Shown here: positions 1 to 13,200 of the stretch, in pieces
Layout: each line of letters starts with the position of its first letter
Position numbering within the stretch: position 1 is the first letter of the stretch
Assembly: GCA_002104905.1 (NCBI GenBank)
Contig: MCFE01000751.1
Coordinates: 1 to 39,313 of the forward strand
Direction of reading: 5' to 3'
Origin: Basidiobolus meristosporus CBS 931.73
Taxonomy: Eukaryota; Fungi; Basidiobolomycota
DNA length: 39,313 nucleotides
Position numbers and translations under genes: made by a program
Notes under the pieces: model-generated
Told to the model about the DNA's origin: nothing
The model's database searches: none
Seen by the model: only the letters and a program-made list of their open reading frames with translations

Positions 1-779
1 ACCCTGGGTTAATCAAAACTAAGAAAAAACTAGATCTAATTCACTCCAATCTGTTTGGACCTATGCATAATTTATCCTTAGGTGGGATGAATTATTTGAC
101 ACTTTAATTGATGATTATACAAGATACACATGGGTCTACTTCATGGAGAGAAAGGAAGAAGCTCTGTCAAACATTAGGGAGTTTAAATCCATGGTGGGAA
201 GAGAAAATGATAAAAGAATCAAGAAATTATGCTCTGATAATGGCTGAGAATATTGCTCAAAACTCTTCATCCACTTCTGCAAAATTCATGCCACAAAGCA
301 AGAGACTACTGTACCATACTCCCCACAGCCAAATGGAGTGGCAGAATGTGCAAATAGACCAAAAACTAATATGCAGACAAAGTGGAGAACATACAAAAAT
401 ATCTGGGTGTACAGCATATGCCAAGAAACTGTCCAGAAATCCGTCAAAATTTGAGTCAAAAAGTCAAAAATGCATATTTTGGGATACTGCAATGAGATTA
501 AGACATACAAACTCTACAATACCAAAGCAAAGAAGCTGATCAAGTTCAGGAATGTGTTGTATGATGAAAATCAAATTTTCGCAAAAAATGACATTATATT
601 ATGACAAAAATCTGATCTCAAATCCACTGATAGTCAGGATTGAATCAGAGTAAAGCAATGAAAACTATTTTACTCCAGATAACTCTACAACCATGGCTCT
701 GCCTGAGTTGGTGTCTAGGAATATCCCAGAAGTGGTCATTCCAGTATCACAAACCAGGAGATCCAACCAGACCAGAAAT
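1..779 (+). mobile_element. Ty1/copia (family C1) remnant: integrase core plus integrase-RT linker, frameshifted
   Basis: Broken frames give LIHSNLFGP, IDDYTRYTWVY and TPQPNGVAE, typical copia rve motifs. 610-779 is homologous to the reverse complement of 2780-2948 and to 17330-17500. Confidence 0.85.
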
Positions 780-1129
780 TGTTGTAAGAGTCTTGGAGAT
801 ATTGGAAGTGATCTGGGAGAACAAGTAGATTATGTAGTTTTCACTTAATGATTTATTGATTGTAAAAGTTGTATTTATATTTTTACATGGTCTTAGCATA
901 GCAAACATGTAGAATACGTTACAGAAGGTACAAAGGACATGTGAGTCAAGTTTGGGGCTGTTTGGACAACTTTGAGAATTCTCATGTTCTGGGTACCTGG
1001 TATTTTGGTGAAAATATTTTAAGTAAGTCCCAACAAGGAATTTGGTCAGTATTCTCTAAGATTTGAAGGTGATGATCTAAGTGACTAAGTTAGGTGAATA
1101 TTTAGGTGGAATTACAAATTTTTACAACA
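780..1129 (-). repeat. 3' LTR of the minus-strand copia C1
   Basis: Bounded by TGTTGTAA...TTACAACA inverted termini. A PPT (GAGTGGGAG on minus, 1130-1138) abuts it right after the RNase H stop. The first ~135 bp recur at 2949. Confidence 0.8.
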
Positions 1130-2948
1130 CTCCCACTCAGCTAAATGTTCATACTGACTAGTCCTAATTTTGACCTAAGATATTCAAACTTGTCTTTAGC
1201 TAATGATTTGGTAAATATGTCTGCAATTATTTCATCTGAAGGATAGTAAACTAAGCTGACTAAGTGATTCACTATAGCTTCATGTATGAAAAGATGTCTA
1301 ATATCTATGTGCTTAGTTCTAGCATGAAAATTGAGTTTTCTACCTAATTCTATACATCCTTGATTATCTTGAAATATTGTAATAGGCATTTTTTGACATT
1401 GGCCTAAGTCTGTAAAAAGCTTTCTTAACCTCATTGCTTCTTTTTTAGCATCACAGACTGTCATATACTCTGCCCTTGTGGTCAAAAGTGCTACAGTTGG
1501 TTGCTTTCTTAAGTTTCATGATATTGCTCCTTGACAGTATAGAAAGGTGTATCCTGTGGTGGATCTTCTATCTTCCAGATTTCATCCCCAACCAGCATCA
1601 GAGTATCCTACAAGATCCTGCTCTAAATCCTTATAAGTGTATCTTAAGCAGATATCAGCATTTCTATTTAGGTATCTAAAAATCCACCTAACTGCTGCAA
1701 TATGATCAGATCCATAGTTCCGATTATGTTGGCTGACAACTCCCACTGAATATGAGACATCTGTACATGTTCCAAGCATGATATACATTAGACTGCCAAC
1801 CATAGATTGATAAGGAAATTCAGAGCTTTCAGATGGCACCAAGCTCTCTTGATTTGATTGAGTTTTGACCAAGTTAAGGTTTGTCTCCATTGAGGTAGCT
1901 GCCGGTTTACAGTCTTCTATTTTGTACTTCTTTAGTACATCTTGAATATACTTGGATTGGCTTAGGGTGAAAGACTGGGTACTTCTGTCTATGAAGATCT
2001 CTATCCCTCAGTAGTAACTGAGTTCTCCTAGATTGGACATCTTGAACTCCTTAGATAGGCTGGATTTAGTTTCTTCCAATTTTGCTAGATTATTGGTAGC
2101 TGTAATATAATCATCTTCACATAGAGCTAATAGAGCTGGACTTGCTCTATCTTGCTTATAGTATATACAATAGTCAGCATTACTCCTTTTAAAGCTCGGA
2201 GATTCCAAATAAGAATCTATCTTGCAATTCCAGGCTCTGAGCAATTATTTGAGACCATATAGAGAATTTTAAAGTTTGCAGACCAAATAGGGATTATCTT
2301 GGTCAAAACACCCATTAGGCTGGTCCATATACACATCCTCATCATGTTCTCCAATCAAAAATGCAGCTTTCACATCCTTGTGATGAATCAAAACTTATAT
2401 CTGGCTGCATTAGCCAATGTTAATCTGATGGAATTAAACTTGGCTACTGGTGCAAAGGTCTCAGTATTGTCAAGTCCTTTTGTTTCAGAGTATCATTTGG
2501 CCACATGTATTGCTTTGTATCTTGCAATTGTACCATCAGCCTTGTAGTTTGTCTTGAAGACCCACCTTCATCCAATTGATTTTTGGTTGATTGATGAATT
2601 GACCAAGTTGCAAGTTTGATTTTCCATCAGGGCCTGATATTCCTCAGTCATTCCAGAACTCCCAAACTTTGTCAGAGGGCTATTTAAGGCCTCATTTACA
2701 GTCTGGGGTTGATCAATATGGACTGAATAGGCATAGGCTAAGTTTGTACCCTCATTAATATAATAATTTGGGCTATTTCTTGTCCAATTGGGTCTCCAGG
2801 CATCTGATACTGGAATGATCACTTCTGGGATATTTCTGGGCACTGATTCAGGCTGAATCACAGTTGTAGAGTCCTCTTGAGTGAAAAGAATTCCATTGTT
2901 TTGCTCTGATTCAATCCTGACAATTGGTGGACTTAAGACCTAATTTTT
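1130..2948 (-). mobile_element. Ty1/copia C1 RT-RNase H pseudogene
   Basis: Minus ORFs carry FPYQSMVGSLMY, LVGYSDAGW, a degenerate YVDD (LALCEDDY), HARTKHIDIRH and IADIFTKSL, with many stops and frameshifts. Confidence 0.95.
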
Positions 2949-3085
2949 TGTTGTAAGAGTCTTGGAGATATTGGCAGTGGTTTGGAGGACAAGTAGATTA
3001 AGTGGTTTTCACTTAATGATTTATTGAATGTAAAACTAGTATTTATACTTTTACCTGGTGTTGGCATTACAAACACGTAGAATAG
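2949..3085 (-). repeat. Truncated copy of the C1 LTR
   Basis: Direct repeat of 780-915 (TGTTGTAAGAGTCTTGGAGATATTGG...), then homology stops. Confidence 0.8.
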
Positions 3086-4065
3086 GCTAAGGCTGCCAAT
3101 AAACTGAATCTCCTCAGATATTCAATGTATGCTCTAACCCCACTCTGGAATGACTAAATAGTAGAGCTTCTGCTTCCTGCTAAGCACACCATTCCTTGGC
3201 TTCCTATAAGCTGTAGTACATCCTAATCTCTGACAATCCTCTCCTCTATAAGCCAAGTCTGCCATACATTTCTCCCCTCTACTGAGTTCTGGATGATTCT
3301 CTACCCAGAGTGCTTTGCCATGCCTACTTCCAGCAAATGGCCCACTAAACCAGATGATGTTACCCTCAATGTCAGACAGTGCTTGAAACTTCACACAGTG
3401 TGCCTTGTACTTACCACAATAAAAGTGCCTCTGCCCTCTAGAAGGTCTGTTAATCCTGACTGGGAAGGTATCCAAAATACTCCTTATATGGAACTTGTTG
3501 CTGAACACTCTGGGATATAGAAGTCTATTGAAGCTTCTAAACCTAGTACTCCAAGCTTGCTCTAAGTCATTCATACCCTCTGCATGGTGGTTCTCCATTG
3601 CTGTCAGCTGGGAATGAAAGCTTCTAGGACTTTTGTTGCCATGTATGGTGGGATGAAACCTTGTAGGGTAATAGTTATTGTGATAGCAGAGAAACTTAAC
3701 AAGGGATCTCCTTGAGTAGATAGGGGTAGATGGACCACAGTACTTGGTATAGATCTCCTCTAGTGTGTCAAAAGGAAATCCAGTGGTAATGATGGGATTG
3801 ATGAGAAAAGACCATTCAGATGAGTAAGTCATATTCAAATTGGTAATGATTGGGCTGAACTGATTTGATTTGATTTGGCGCAATCAGCTTTATTTATCTC
3901 ATTTTCCATGCATTGTGACTAAATCTCCATCAATTGCCATGTATCCCATCATTATGTTGCAAAAATCATCCTCAAACAATGACTGGGTTTTTGTTTTGAT
4001 GCTTTACTCACAAGTCTATAATCAAATAGGAAATCTGCAATTGATGTGATCTGATCCATGTCAAT
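3085..4065 (-). pseudogene. PIF/Harbinger-like (DDE_Tnp_4 family) transposase pseudogene, copy 1
   Basis: ORF 3134-3883: ILDTFPVRINRP...YCGKYKAHCVKFQALSD...FSGPFAGSRH...MADLAYRG...YRKPRNG matches the DDE_Tnp_4 layout. The frame continues upstream through stops to about 4065. Homologous to 24535-25400. Confidence 0.8.
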
Positions 4066-4454
4066 GCAATCCAAGATGCATCATGCTTAATATATGGAAA
4101 ATTCAACAATCACATTAGTTTTCATATATATTTCACTTAAGGCCAGGTTGATGCCAATACACCACCGTATAAGTATCCAAATCTGTCACTATGGTCCCTA
4201 TAACAAGTCTCAACTCATCTTTAGCTCAACCTAGACAAAACCCATCCCCCTGTTCACAAGCATGGTCCAGACCAGAAAAAGCAATGTTGGATCTGCTTGA
4301 GTTCTTACCAAATGATATCAGTATGGCCCAAGTGTCTCTGATGAGCCTTCATACAGATATTTGGGCACTCAGTACTCTAGCAGAACTAGATACCTTGGAG
4401 AGTCAAAAGAGATGGAAGAACCTCAGTAGAAATGTAGTTTGAATCAGAAAAGGT

Positions 4455-5359
4455 TGTGGCCTTCTGTTGATAACCCTTTATATACAGGCACACCTGCAGC
4501 AATTGACATAATTTTATTACCACAGCCTTACGGCCATTTTGTGTTATACATGCAAAGTTACCGTATACCTTGTATTGCTGGTAGCATTTATATCTTGCAT
4601 ATGTATGATTAGTTGCTGCTACTTTTGCCATGAATAGCTCTTTAATATCTGCAAAATACTTTTATCTGCCTTGCCTTTATATTTCTTATCTCTACTGGAT
4701 ACTAGTCCCCCTTATAGGTGCACTTTGATTCTTGTTTGTACGAACTACAAGCTGCAGGGTGTACAAATTGACTGATAAAAAATGGAAACCTGGCATACTT
4801 TGGTAAAGTTGCCCTACTCAAAACTAGTTGCCAATTACATCCAACCTAATATTTCATTACCTAACTGATTACTCACACATTGGGCTGCTTGACTTCTTAA
4901 TGCCAATGACAAAGGTGTCTTCAAGTGCTTATGACATCTCAGTATTTTCCAACTATTACTGGCTGTACTCACTGTGTCAACTTATCACATCCACAACAGA
5001 CTTGAAGATTGTATTCTGACAAGATTATGATAAGGAGATAATTGCAATTAGGCTTGTCTTCCTATCAGCCCACACACTTTATCATTAGTAAAGAGATAGT
5101 GTTGTAGAGCAAATGCATTGCTTTCAGTGGAAAGCTTTTGCTCCAGCAGAGTCCCACTGTCTTTGATTTCTTCAATTTTGATTTGTCTAATATTCTGGTC
5201 TATGGCTTATAGAGTGCTAGCTTTGTGACAATTGCCTGTTGACTACTATATGTTCTTGCTGTGAGAGAATGATGTTCTTAGTGTTGATGTATATATAACA
5301 AAAACATGTCTGGATTGTGGAGTAAATCCCATGGTTCTCACACATTCAACAGCATAGAC
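4455..5359 (-). pseudogene. CACTA/En-Spm-like (tnp2 family) transposase remnant, internally deleted
   Basis: SFPLKAMHLLYN motif. 4935-5080 matches 21255-21395, 5085-5355 matches 21855-22140, and 4455-4830 matches 29945-30325. Cut at 5360 by a copia LTR. Confidence 0.7.
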
Positions 5360-8335
5360 TGCCAAAATATGAGACTACTTGGTATTATTCAGCAGCTAAA
5401 AGCTTACTTAAAAGCTCTGGACTAGTTGAAGTTGCAGTACCACTAGCTTAGAGCCCTAAATTAGCCACTTTCTTTCAGATCCGTGATCCTAGGATTGTAT
5501 CATAGTTGATAGTTTTTTTAGGTTCCTAGATCCATAACACTTCTCAAGTTGCAAGAGGAAAGCCTCATTTGCCTTAATCTACTCTTAACAATGACAGCTA
5601 TCTGCCAACAAAGTAACAAAGGTATCCTCTCTGCAAAGGAGAGGCTTGATTCAAAGACCTACAGACTCTGCGGAATCTAGAAGAAGATCCACCTTAGAAA
5701 ACAATGATATGAAATGTAGTAACAGGAAAGGAAATTGAGCCCATAATAACAGCAGAAGAAGCTTAAATATCTTAAGAGAAGGATTGAAAAGTTGTTAAAG
5801 CCATATTTATCAATATGCAAGATTCCTTCATTGGGCAAGTCCATGCTTCTAATGCTACCAAAGCAGCATGGAAATCCTCAGAGATGATCTCCAGAGCAAA
5901 GTTGGTATTAAGCAACCCTTAATTATAAAAAAAGCTTTTCTACATGAGGGTGAAGCCAGAGGATGAGATGCCTCAGCTGATTATCAGAATGAAGAGAATT
6001 GCACAAGAGCTTTAAGCTTTAATGTGGATATAGATGTTGAAGTATATAATAGCTGTCTGCTTTGCAAATAAGACAAGTATGTGCCACTCATACTTTCTGT
6101 TGAAAGCAAAGAAAACAATCTGACATAGACTTTATCAAAGGAAGACTACCCCAAGAAGAGCTCAGACATAGTGACCAATCACAGAATGCTCAAGACAATG
6201 CTTTATTCAGAGCAGAATGACATATAGAAAGAGGGAAAGCAATACAGCCACAGAGAACATGGCTGCTGTAACTACTCCAAGTAGCCAGGATCAAGGACAA
6301 GGAAATGCAAGAAAAAGAAGCAGACAAAAGACCAAAATTGGAGAATACAAACCATATAACTACAAATGAACAGTTATTTGAAACTGCACAAAAGTGCGCA
6401 AGCAACAGCAATAATGAATGATAAATTGATTTTAGAGCAGCACATCATATTTGTGGTACCAGGGGTTGGCTCAGCAGCTTGAAGACTTTTCCTCAAAGAA
6501 AGGCTTATTGGAGATTCAACTCTGCACTGGAAGCTACTGCCAGTAGGCTTTTACAGCTAAATACAAGTGATATCTCTGGGGTACAAAAGCAAGACCAATT
6601 GATGTATTCTACATGCCTGCAATAGCTAAGAACTTATTCTCAGTGGATAAAGCAATTACTCAGGGGCTGTGATTTGTTTTAACCCAGCAGATCTTCTGAA
6701 TATTGAGTGAAAGTGGTCAATAATCCACTTTTGGAATCAGAGATTACAACTTATACAAGTGGTAATGCTAGAAAATTGTACCTATATTGGTCAACATTGC
6801 TGAAACTGATGAAGTTTAGTGTGAGTTATGCAATCAAAGGCTGGGAAATAATGGGAAACAGAAAATGAGCCAATGTGTGAAAATTCAGTTCTTTTTGACT
6901 CAACAACTGCATTTCAATCCTATTCAACATCTGTAAGGGATGCGCATATGACAAACAAGCTACAAGTATCAGATTTTCTAAAAATTATTTACTTCACTAG
7001 TTTCTGATAATTTGCTGATATCTTACAAACTGATTTCCCAGCAAGTAATCTGAAATGTGTGATTTAATTAAGTGCTAGTTGAGAATACATTAAAAATTAG
7101 GTGGACACCTAGCCATTTCAACAGGACCCTTAGAAAAATGTGCTTTGGAGCCAAGAGATATTACACAACTGTTCCAAGGAGTTTGCAAAGTACTGTTCAC
7201 CTACTGGTATATGTCAGCCCACCACTGTACCACAAATTCAACAGCAAAATGGAGTAGCTGAACATGCAAATAGGACTTGAATAGAGATGGCAAAATGTAA
7301 GCTACATACAATGCAAATAGACAACATTTGTTGGGCTGATTCTGCTGCTACCACACTATTCATTGATAGTAGATGTCTCACAACAGTATCCCAAGATTTT
7401 ACGCTCTTTAAAGCACATATGGGCAGAAACACAGACCTCCAGCACTTGATGATCTTGTGTAGTGATTTCTTCTATCAAATCCCTGACAAATATGCTCAAA
7501 TTTGGGTCCAAAAAGTAGAAAAGGGATCTTTCTTGGCTATTGGGAGGATACTCAATATTACATATTGTATGAAGGTAAGCTTGGAAGCTATCAAGAGCAG
7601 CAGCATTGAATTTGAGGATAAGTTGGATCAGAGAGCTAATAAGACTATTGCTAGCTGCCTGATGATGCAAGCACTACTAGTCCAGACCAAAAGCAGAAAG
7701 CTATGCTTAATCAGTCCAATTATATTATAGGCATTCTTAGATGCTTGATAATTCCAATAACTGAAAGCTGTGCTGAATCTGTCTAAGTATATCATGGGCA
7801 TTCTTGGATGCTTCAAGTTGGCAACTTGCAAGCCTTCAGCAACACTAATGGACATAAACCTAAATTTGAGCAAATCTCAGCCAGCAGTAGATGTAAACAG
7901 CTCAAATATAGGCCAGAACTTTCCCTATCTATCAGTTATTGGTAGTCTGATGTACCTGATGATATTTACATATATGAATAGTGCATTGGCAGTTGCAATA
8001 ATCATTCAATTAATACACAACTATAGTTCTGATCAAATTAGAGCCAGTAAGCATATTTTCAGAGATCTACAAGTTGTTTTAAATATGGAATTGGAATTCC
8101 CTGAAGCAGCTAAAAAGCAACGATATGATTTTTATGGTGATTCAGATTTGGATGGGGAACATATTGACAGATGTCCACCACTGAGCATTTGCTTTTACCA
8201 GCTGGTGCAGCTATAACCTGGAATTGCAATCAACAATCAACTGCGGCTCTCTCCACGTTTTAGACAGAGTTTATGTCCAATTGTCAAGCAACTATGGAGA
8301 CTATATTGTTGCAAACTTTAATCAAGGACTTAAGT
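5360..8335 (+). mobile_element. Degenerate, internally deleted Ty1/copia (family C2): partial 5' LTR, gag, PR, IN and RT/RH pieces
   Basis: 5360-5555 aligns with the reverse complement of the LTR at 14206-14574. Downstream sequence aligns with the gag/pol of 9893-14574 (FPYLSVIGSLMY, FYGDSDL). Confidence 0.8.
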
Positions 8336-8899
8336 CAAATAAGTTAGTTTGATGTTAAGTAATCAATAGGTCAGTTTTATCTGCTCAATTAGTAGTCCAG
8401 TCAGCAGCTGAATCAGCAGATCCTAATCAGACAGAAATAGATATATTATGTAGGAGCTAGCTGGGTGATGTTGATGCAATCAAATGAGTTATTAGCCATA
8501 GACTATATTAGAAAGTACAATTAGTCAGCAATTGAACTGGAAAAATGTTCACAATACCAGATGGAACCAAAACAAAAGTCAGTTTAAGTATTAGTGAATA
8601 CAGTACTAGCCATACTTCATATTCCTCTACAATTTGTATATCCACACTTTTAACATTAGTAGCAGCAATTACTAGAAACCTTCCCGCTGAAGAAAGAAGA
8701 AGCCACCCTCATGATGTCAGAAGTACAAGATTGGAAGAATGCTATGCATTAAATTCTTGTCCAACAACAACTGTTACTCCAGATCCTTAGCCAGTAGCAA
8801 CAGGGAATGACTACCATGGCCCAGAGTCAGCTAAACTCTGTCAAGAGCAACTTTAGTGTGATGATCAACCAATACCATGACAGGGCCAATTAAAGCCTC

Positions 8900-9892
8900 A
8901 AAAGTTGGCTCTTTTGGATTGAAGGAACTTCTTAGCTCAAAAGAATATCCCCAAAAAGGAAGTTACATTGTACAGCCTCTTACCTGGCAGATGCAGCTTT
9001 ACAGTGGTATCACAACAAGATCAGGTCAGTCATTGTGATTGTATGCACTACTATCTTAACCTGGAATGAGTTTGTGTTGGAAATTCAAGATGCCTTTGAA
9101 CATCCCTACCAGCAGACACTACTAGGAAGGGAGCTGAAGACACTTAGACTGAAAGAAATGGTTTAGGAACACATCTATAAGTATAAATGTTTACTCTAAC
9201 AAATTGAAAAATGGACCTCATTGATCAAGTTAAATACTTATTGATGGACTGAAAGTCAGAACTTACAAGGAAGTGAGTTATTGAAGACCTCAGACTATTG
9301 GAGAAGCCGTCAAAATTGCAATTGACTATGATGCAGCTTTGTTTAAAGTTGGGAAGCCCACCATGACTAATTCAAGAAGTTGTAATAACTATGAAAGAAG
9401 ACAATATGAAGCAGTGCCAATGGAAATAGGTCCTATGCAGAAGATGCCCACCTCAGAAGAATGTAAGCAGAAAGGACTTTGCTTTAACTGCCACCAGCAA
9501 GGTCCTATTGCAAAAGTACTGCTTGTAGAGATGTAATGGACACCAGTCAATAAGAGCCTTCAACTGGACTGAAGCCTTTGAGTGTAGTAACATGGAAGTT
9601 GAACTTTGAGAAGACTTATATCTTACTCTCCATATGACATAAGAATACATGTCTAAAATGTCCTCAGCCTCAGGGAAGCTATTGTTCTTGATTGGAGGAA
9701 TCAATGGCATACCAGCCAAGATCAAGTTTGACTCAGGAGCATCAAATAGTACATGCCAGAGCAATTTGCCATGAAAACTGGAATCAACTCAGAACTCACC
9801 AAATCAGCTTCAGTCTCAACAGCTAATGGGAACTGTCACATAATCAGTCATATTACACAGTCAGTAAGAAGGAAGCTCAATAACTATGAAGA
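8900..9892 (+). mobile_element. Ty3/gypsy (G1) gag and protease N-part, decayed
   Basis: YLADAALQWY, WNEFVLEIQDAF, VPMEIG, a CFNCHQQGPIA knuckle remnant and KFDSGASN protease motif. Interrupted by the copia at 9893. Confidence 0.85.
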
Positions 9893-10261
9893 TGTCGCAA
9901 TTTAAGAAGTGGTTTAGATAAAAGGAACTTATCAAGAAATAGTGATAAAAGTTGAACTGTTTTTTATTAGTAAAGAAGCTCAGTATTTATACCTTTGTAG
10001 AAGTAATACAGCAGTAACACTAAGTAAGGAGGGTTTCTCAATATTCAGGAGCATTCTGTAACAGCTTCAGGGTTAGTATATAATAGTTAGTATTAGTGCT
10101 AATTTGATCCTGACTATAGGGGAGTAATCATAAGATCATAGATCTGAAGAAAGCGGCAAAGTTAGAGCTGTAAATTAGTCCCATAGTGACCAAGACTATT
10201 CCAGAATTGTTAATTAAATTTTTAGCTGCAGAATGATACCAAATAGTCCAATATTTCAACA
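9893..10261 (-). repeat. 3' LTR of copia C2
   Basis: TGTCGCAA...TTTCAACA. PPT GAGTGGGAG on minus at 10262-10270. Roughly 30 mismatches versus 14206-14574. Confidence 0.95.
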
Positions 10262-13200
10262 CTCCCACTCAACTAAATAATTTCTGAATCCTAATTCCTC
10301 TCTGAGATTCTCAAATTGAGGCCTAGCTAGTGGTTTTGTCAATATATCTGCCACCATTTTGTTAGTTGGGCAGTACACTAACTCTACTAATCTATTTTCT
10401 ACAGCTTCCCTCACAAATTGATGTTGTTTATCAATGTGCTTAGTTCTGGCATGATTAGTAGGATTTCTAGCTAATGAAATACAACTTTGATCATCCTTGT
10501 AAGCACATGTTGGTTCATCAGAACTACAACCTAAGTCTTTGAATAATTTTTGTAGCCATATAGCCTCCTTAATTGCTTGACATGCAGCCATATATTTGTC
10601 TTCAGTTGTAGATAGGGCCACAGTTGCTTGTTTCTTGCAATTCCAAGTAATATCTGTACCAGCATAAAGAAATACATAGCCTGTGGTAGAGCGTCTGTCA
10701 ATCAGATCCCTACCCCAATCTAAATCACTTTGACCATCCAGTTTTTGCCTATTAGCTGCTCCAGAGTATTCCAGTACCATATTTATGGTACCTTGTAGAT
10801 ATCTGAAAATCTACTTAACTGCTGCAATTTGATCTGATCCATAATTCTGCATGAATTAACTGACTATTCCAACTGCCACTGCAATATCAGGATGTGCAGA
10901 CACCATCAAGTACAATAGGCTACCATCCGTTGATTGATAGGGAAAGTTTTGGTCCATATTTGAGCTGTTTTCATCTAAAACTGGCTGAGATTTGCTTAAT
11001 TTTGGGTTATTGCCCATAGGGGTAGCTGCAGGTTTTCAATTTTTTATTTTGCAGTGTCTAAGAATGTCCCTGATGTACTTAGACTGATTCAGCACAGTTT
11101 TCTGCGTAGGTATGTCAAATTTGACCTCAATTTCAAGAAAATAGCTCAATTTTCCAAGATCTTTCATCTCAAACTTGCTGAAGAGATCTGATTTTGTCTG
11201 TATAAGTGCATCTTAGTCACTTAAAGCTATAATGAGGTTGTCCACATAAAGAACTAGGATAATCACACCATTTCTGAGCTGTTTCACATATACACTGTGA
11301 TCTGCAGTGCTACAAGAGAACCCAATTTCCTCTAAATATGTGTCAATCTTGTTATACCGTACTCTGGGTGCCTGCTTAAGCCCCTACAACAATTTTCTAA
11401 GTTGGCACATGTTATGGGGTACTTTGGGATTGGTAAAGCCGTCTGGTTGCTCCATATAAATTGTTTCTTGCAATTCCCCATTTAGAAAGGCTGTTTTGAC
11501 ATCCATTTAGTGTAGATCTACACTGTGTACAACTGCCAGGGCTAGAACTGTCCTAATGGAGTTAAACTTAGTAGCTGGAGCAAATGTTTCCTTAAAGTCT
11601 AGTCCCTGGAACTGGGAATAGCCTTTAGCCACCAATCTAGCCTTGTACTTATCAACAGCACCATTTGAGGTTATCTTGATCTTGTAGACCCATCTACATC
11701 CTATTGGCTTTCTCCCATTTGGTGAATCTACCAGTTCCCACGTTTTTGCCTTGATCAGTGATTGGTACTCCTCCTGCATGGCTTGTTGCCACTTAGTGGC
11801 ATCTGGACCTTGCATTGCCTGTTCCAGATTCTGAGGTTTGGCACATAAGGCAAGATGAGCTTCTTCATGATCATTGGATGTCTGCCACCAGGATCCAGGG
11901 GCATTTCTTATTGTGGTAGATCTCCTAACTGGGATAATCTATTCTGATCTGCAACTGGTAGAAGTATCTTCTGTATCTGGCTGGATTTGGTACGTATCTT
12001 CTTCATTAGTGTTGATTGCATCATCAGGCAGCTGGGCAATGATTTCCATGGCTTTCTGATCTGAACTCTCCTCAATTACAATTTCCCTGCTCTGGATCAG
12101 CTTCTGAATATTGCCATCATACACTCTATACCCTTTAGTATCTTCACAATACCCAAGAAAGATCCATTTCCTGCTCTGTGGTTCCAACTTTGAGCGTTTT
12201 TTGTCAGGGATGTGATAAAAAACATCACTACCAAAGATCTTAAGGTGCAGGAGATCTGGGTTTTTGCCTATATATGCCTCAAAGAGTGTAGAATCACATA
12301 GTGCTGTTGTTGGGCATCAGTTCTTGATGTATACAGTGGTAGCAACAGATTCAGCCCAAAATCTGTAGTCCATTCCCTTATCATGTGGCATAGATCTTTC
12401 CATCTCTACTATTGTTCTATTTGCATGTTCTGCTACTCCAATTTGCTGTGGAGTATGAGGACCTGTGGTCTGTTGAAGTATACCAGTAGACAAGCATTAT
12501 TTTGCAAGCTCCTTTGAGCAGTATTCTCCTCCATTGTCACTTTGCAGTACCTTTGATTTACACCCAGTTTGTGTTTCTGCCATGTTCTTAAAGTGCTTAA
12601 ACATCTCTGACGCTTCATCCATTGTTTTGAGGAAGTACACCCATGTATATCTTGTTTTGTCATCTATAAACGTCATAAAGTAGCTCTTAGCTCCAAAGGA
12701 TAGTGTTCTCATGGGGCCACATATATCTGAGTGTACAATAGCCAATATTATGGTGGTATTGATGCCTTCTGAGCTCTTCAAATGTTGCCTGGCTTGTTTG
12801 CCATATGAACATCTCTTACAAACAATCAATTTGATCGGAATTGAGTATTTCAGGCTCAAAACAAGCTGATTTTTCAACAATTGGCTCATTTTCTGTACTC
12901 CAATGTGTCCAAGCCTCCTATGCCATGTCTCCCAGTTGGTTTCATCAGTTTCAGTAGTGTTGACATACACATGTACAATGATCTTGCATTGTAACTTGTA
13001 TATATTGTGATCTCTGATTCCCAAAGCTAATTTTGGTCCATTCTCTCTCAATATTGAGCAGCTCATCTTAGTAAACACAAATTTCAGTCCCTGAGCAGTT
13101 GCTTTACTGACTGAGAGTAAGTTCTTAGCTATTCCAGGTACATAGAGTACATCAGTGAGTCATACTGTAGTTGCCCCTGAGCCATTGCTCATATTTAGTT

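Noticed and set aside
4202-4210. AACAAGTCT upstream of the Harbinger-like ORF, identical to the foldback right end
   Set aside because: A 9-bp match is expected by chance at this window size, the match does not extend, and copy 2 differs there.
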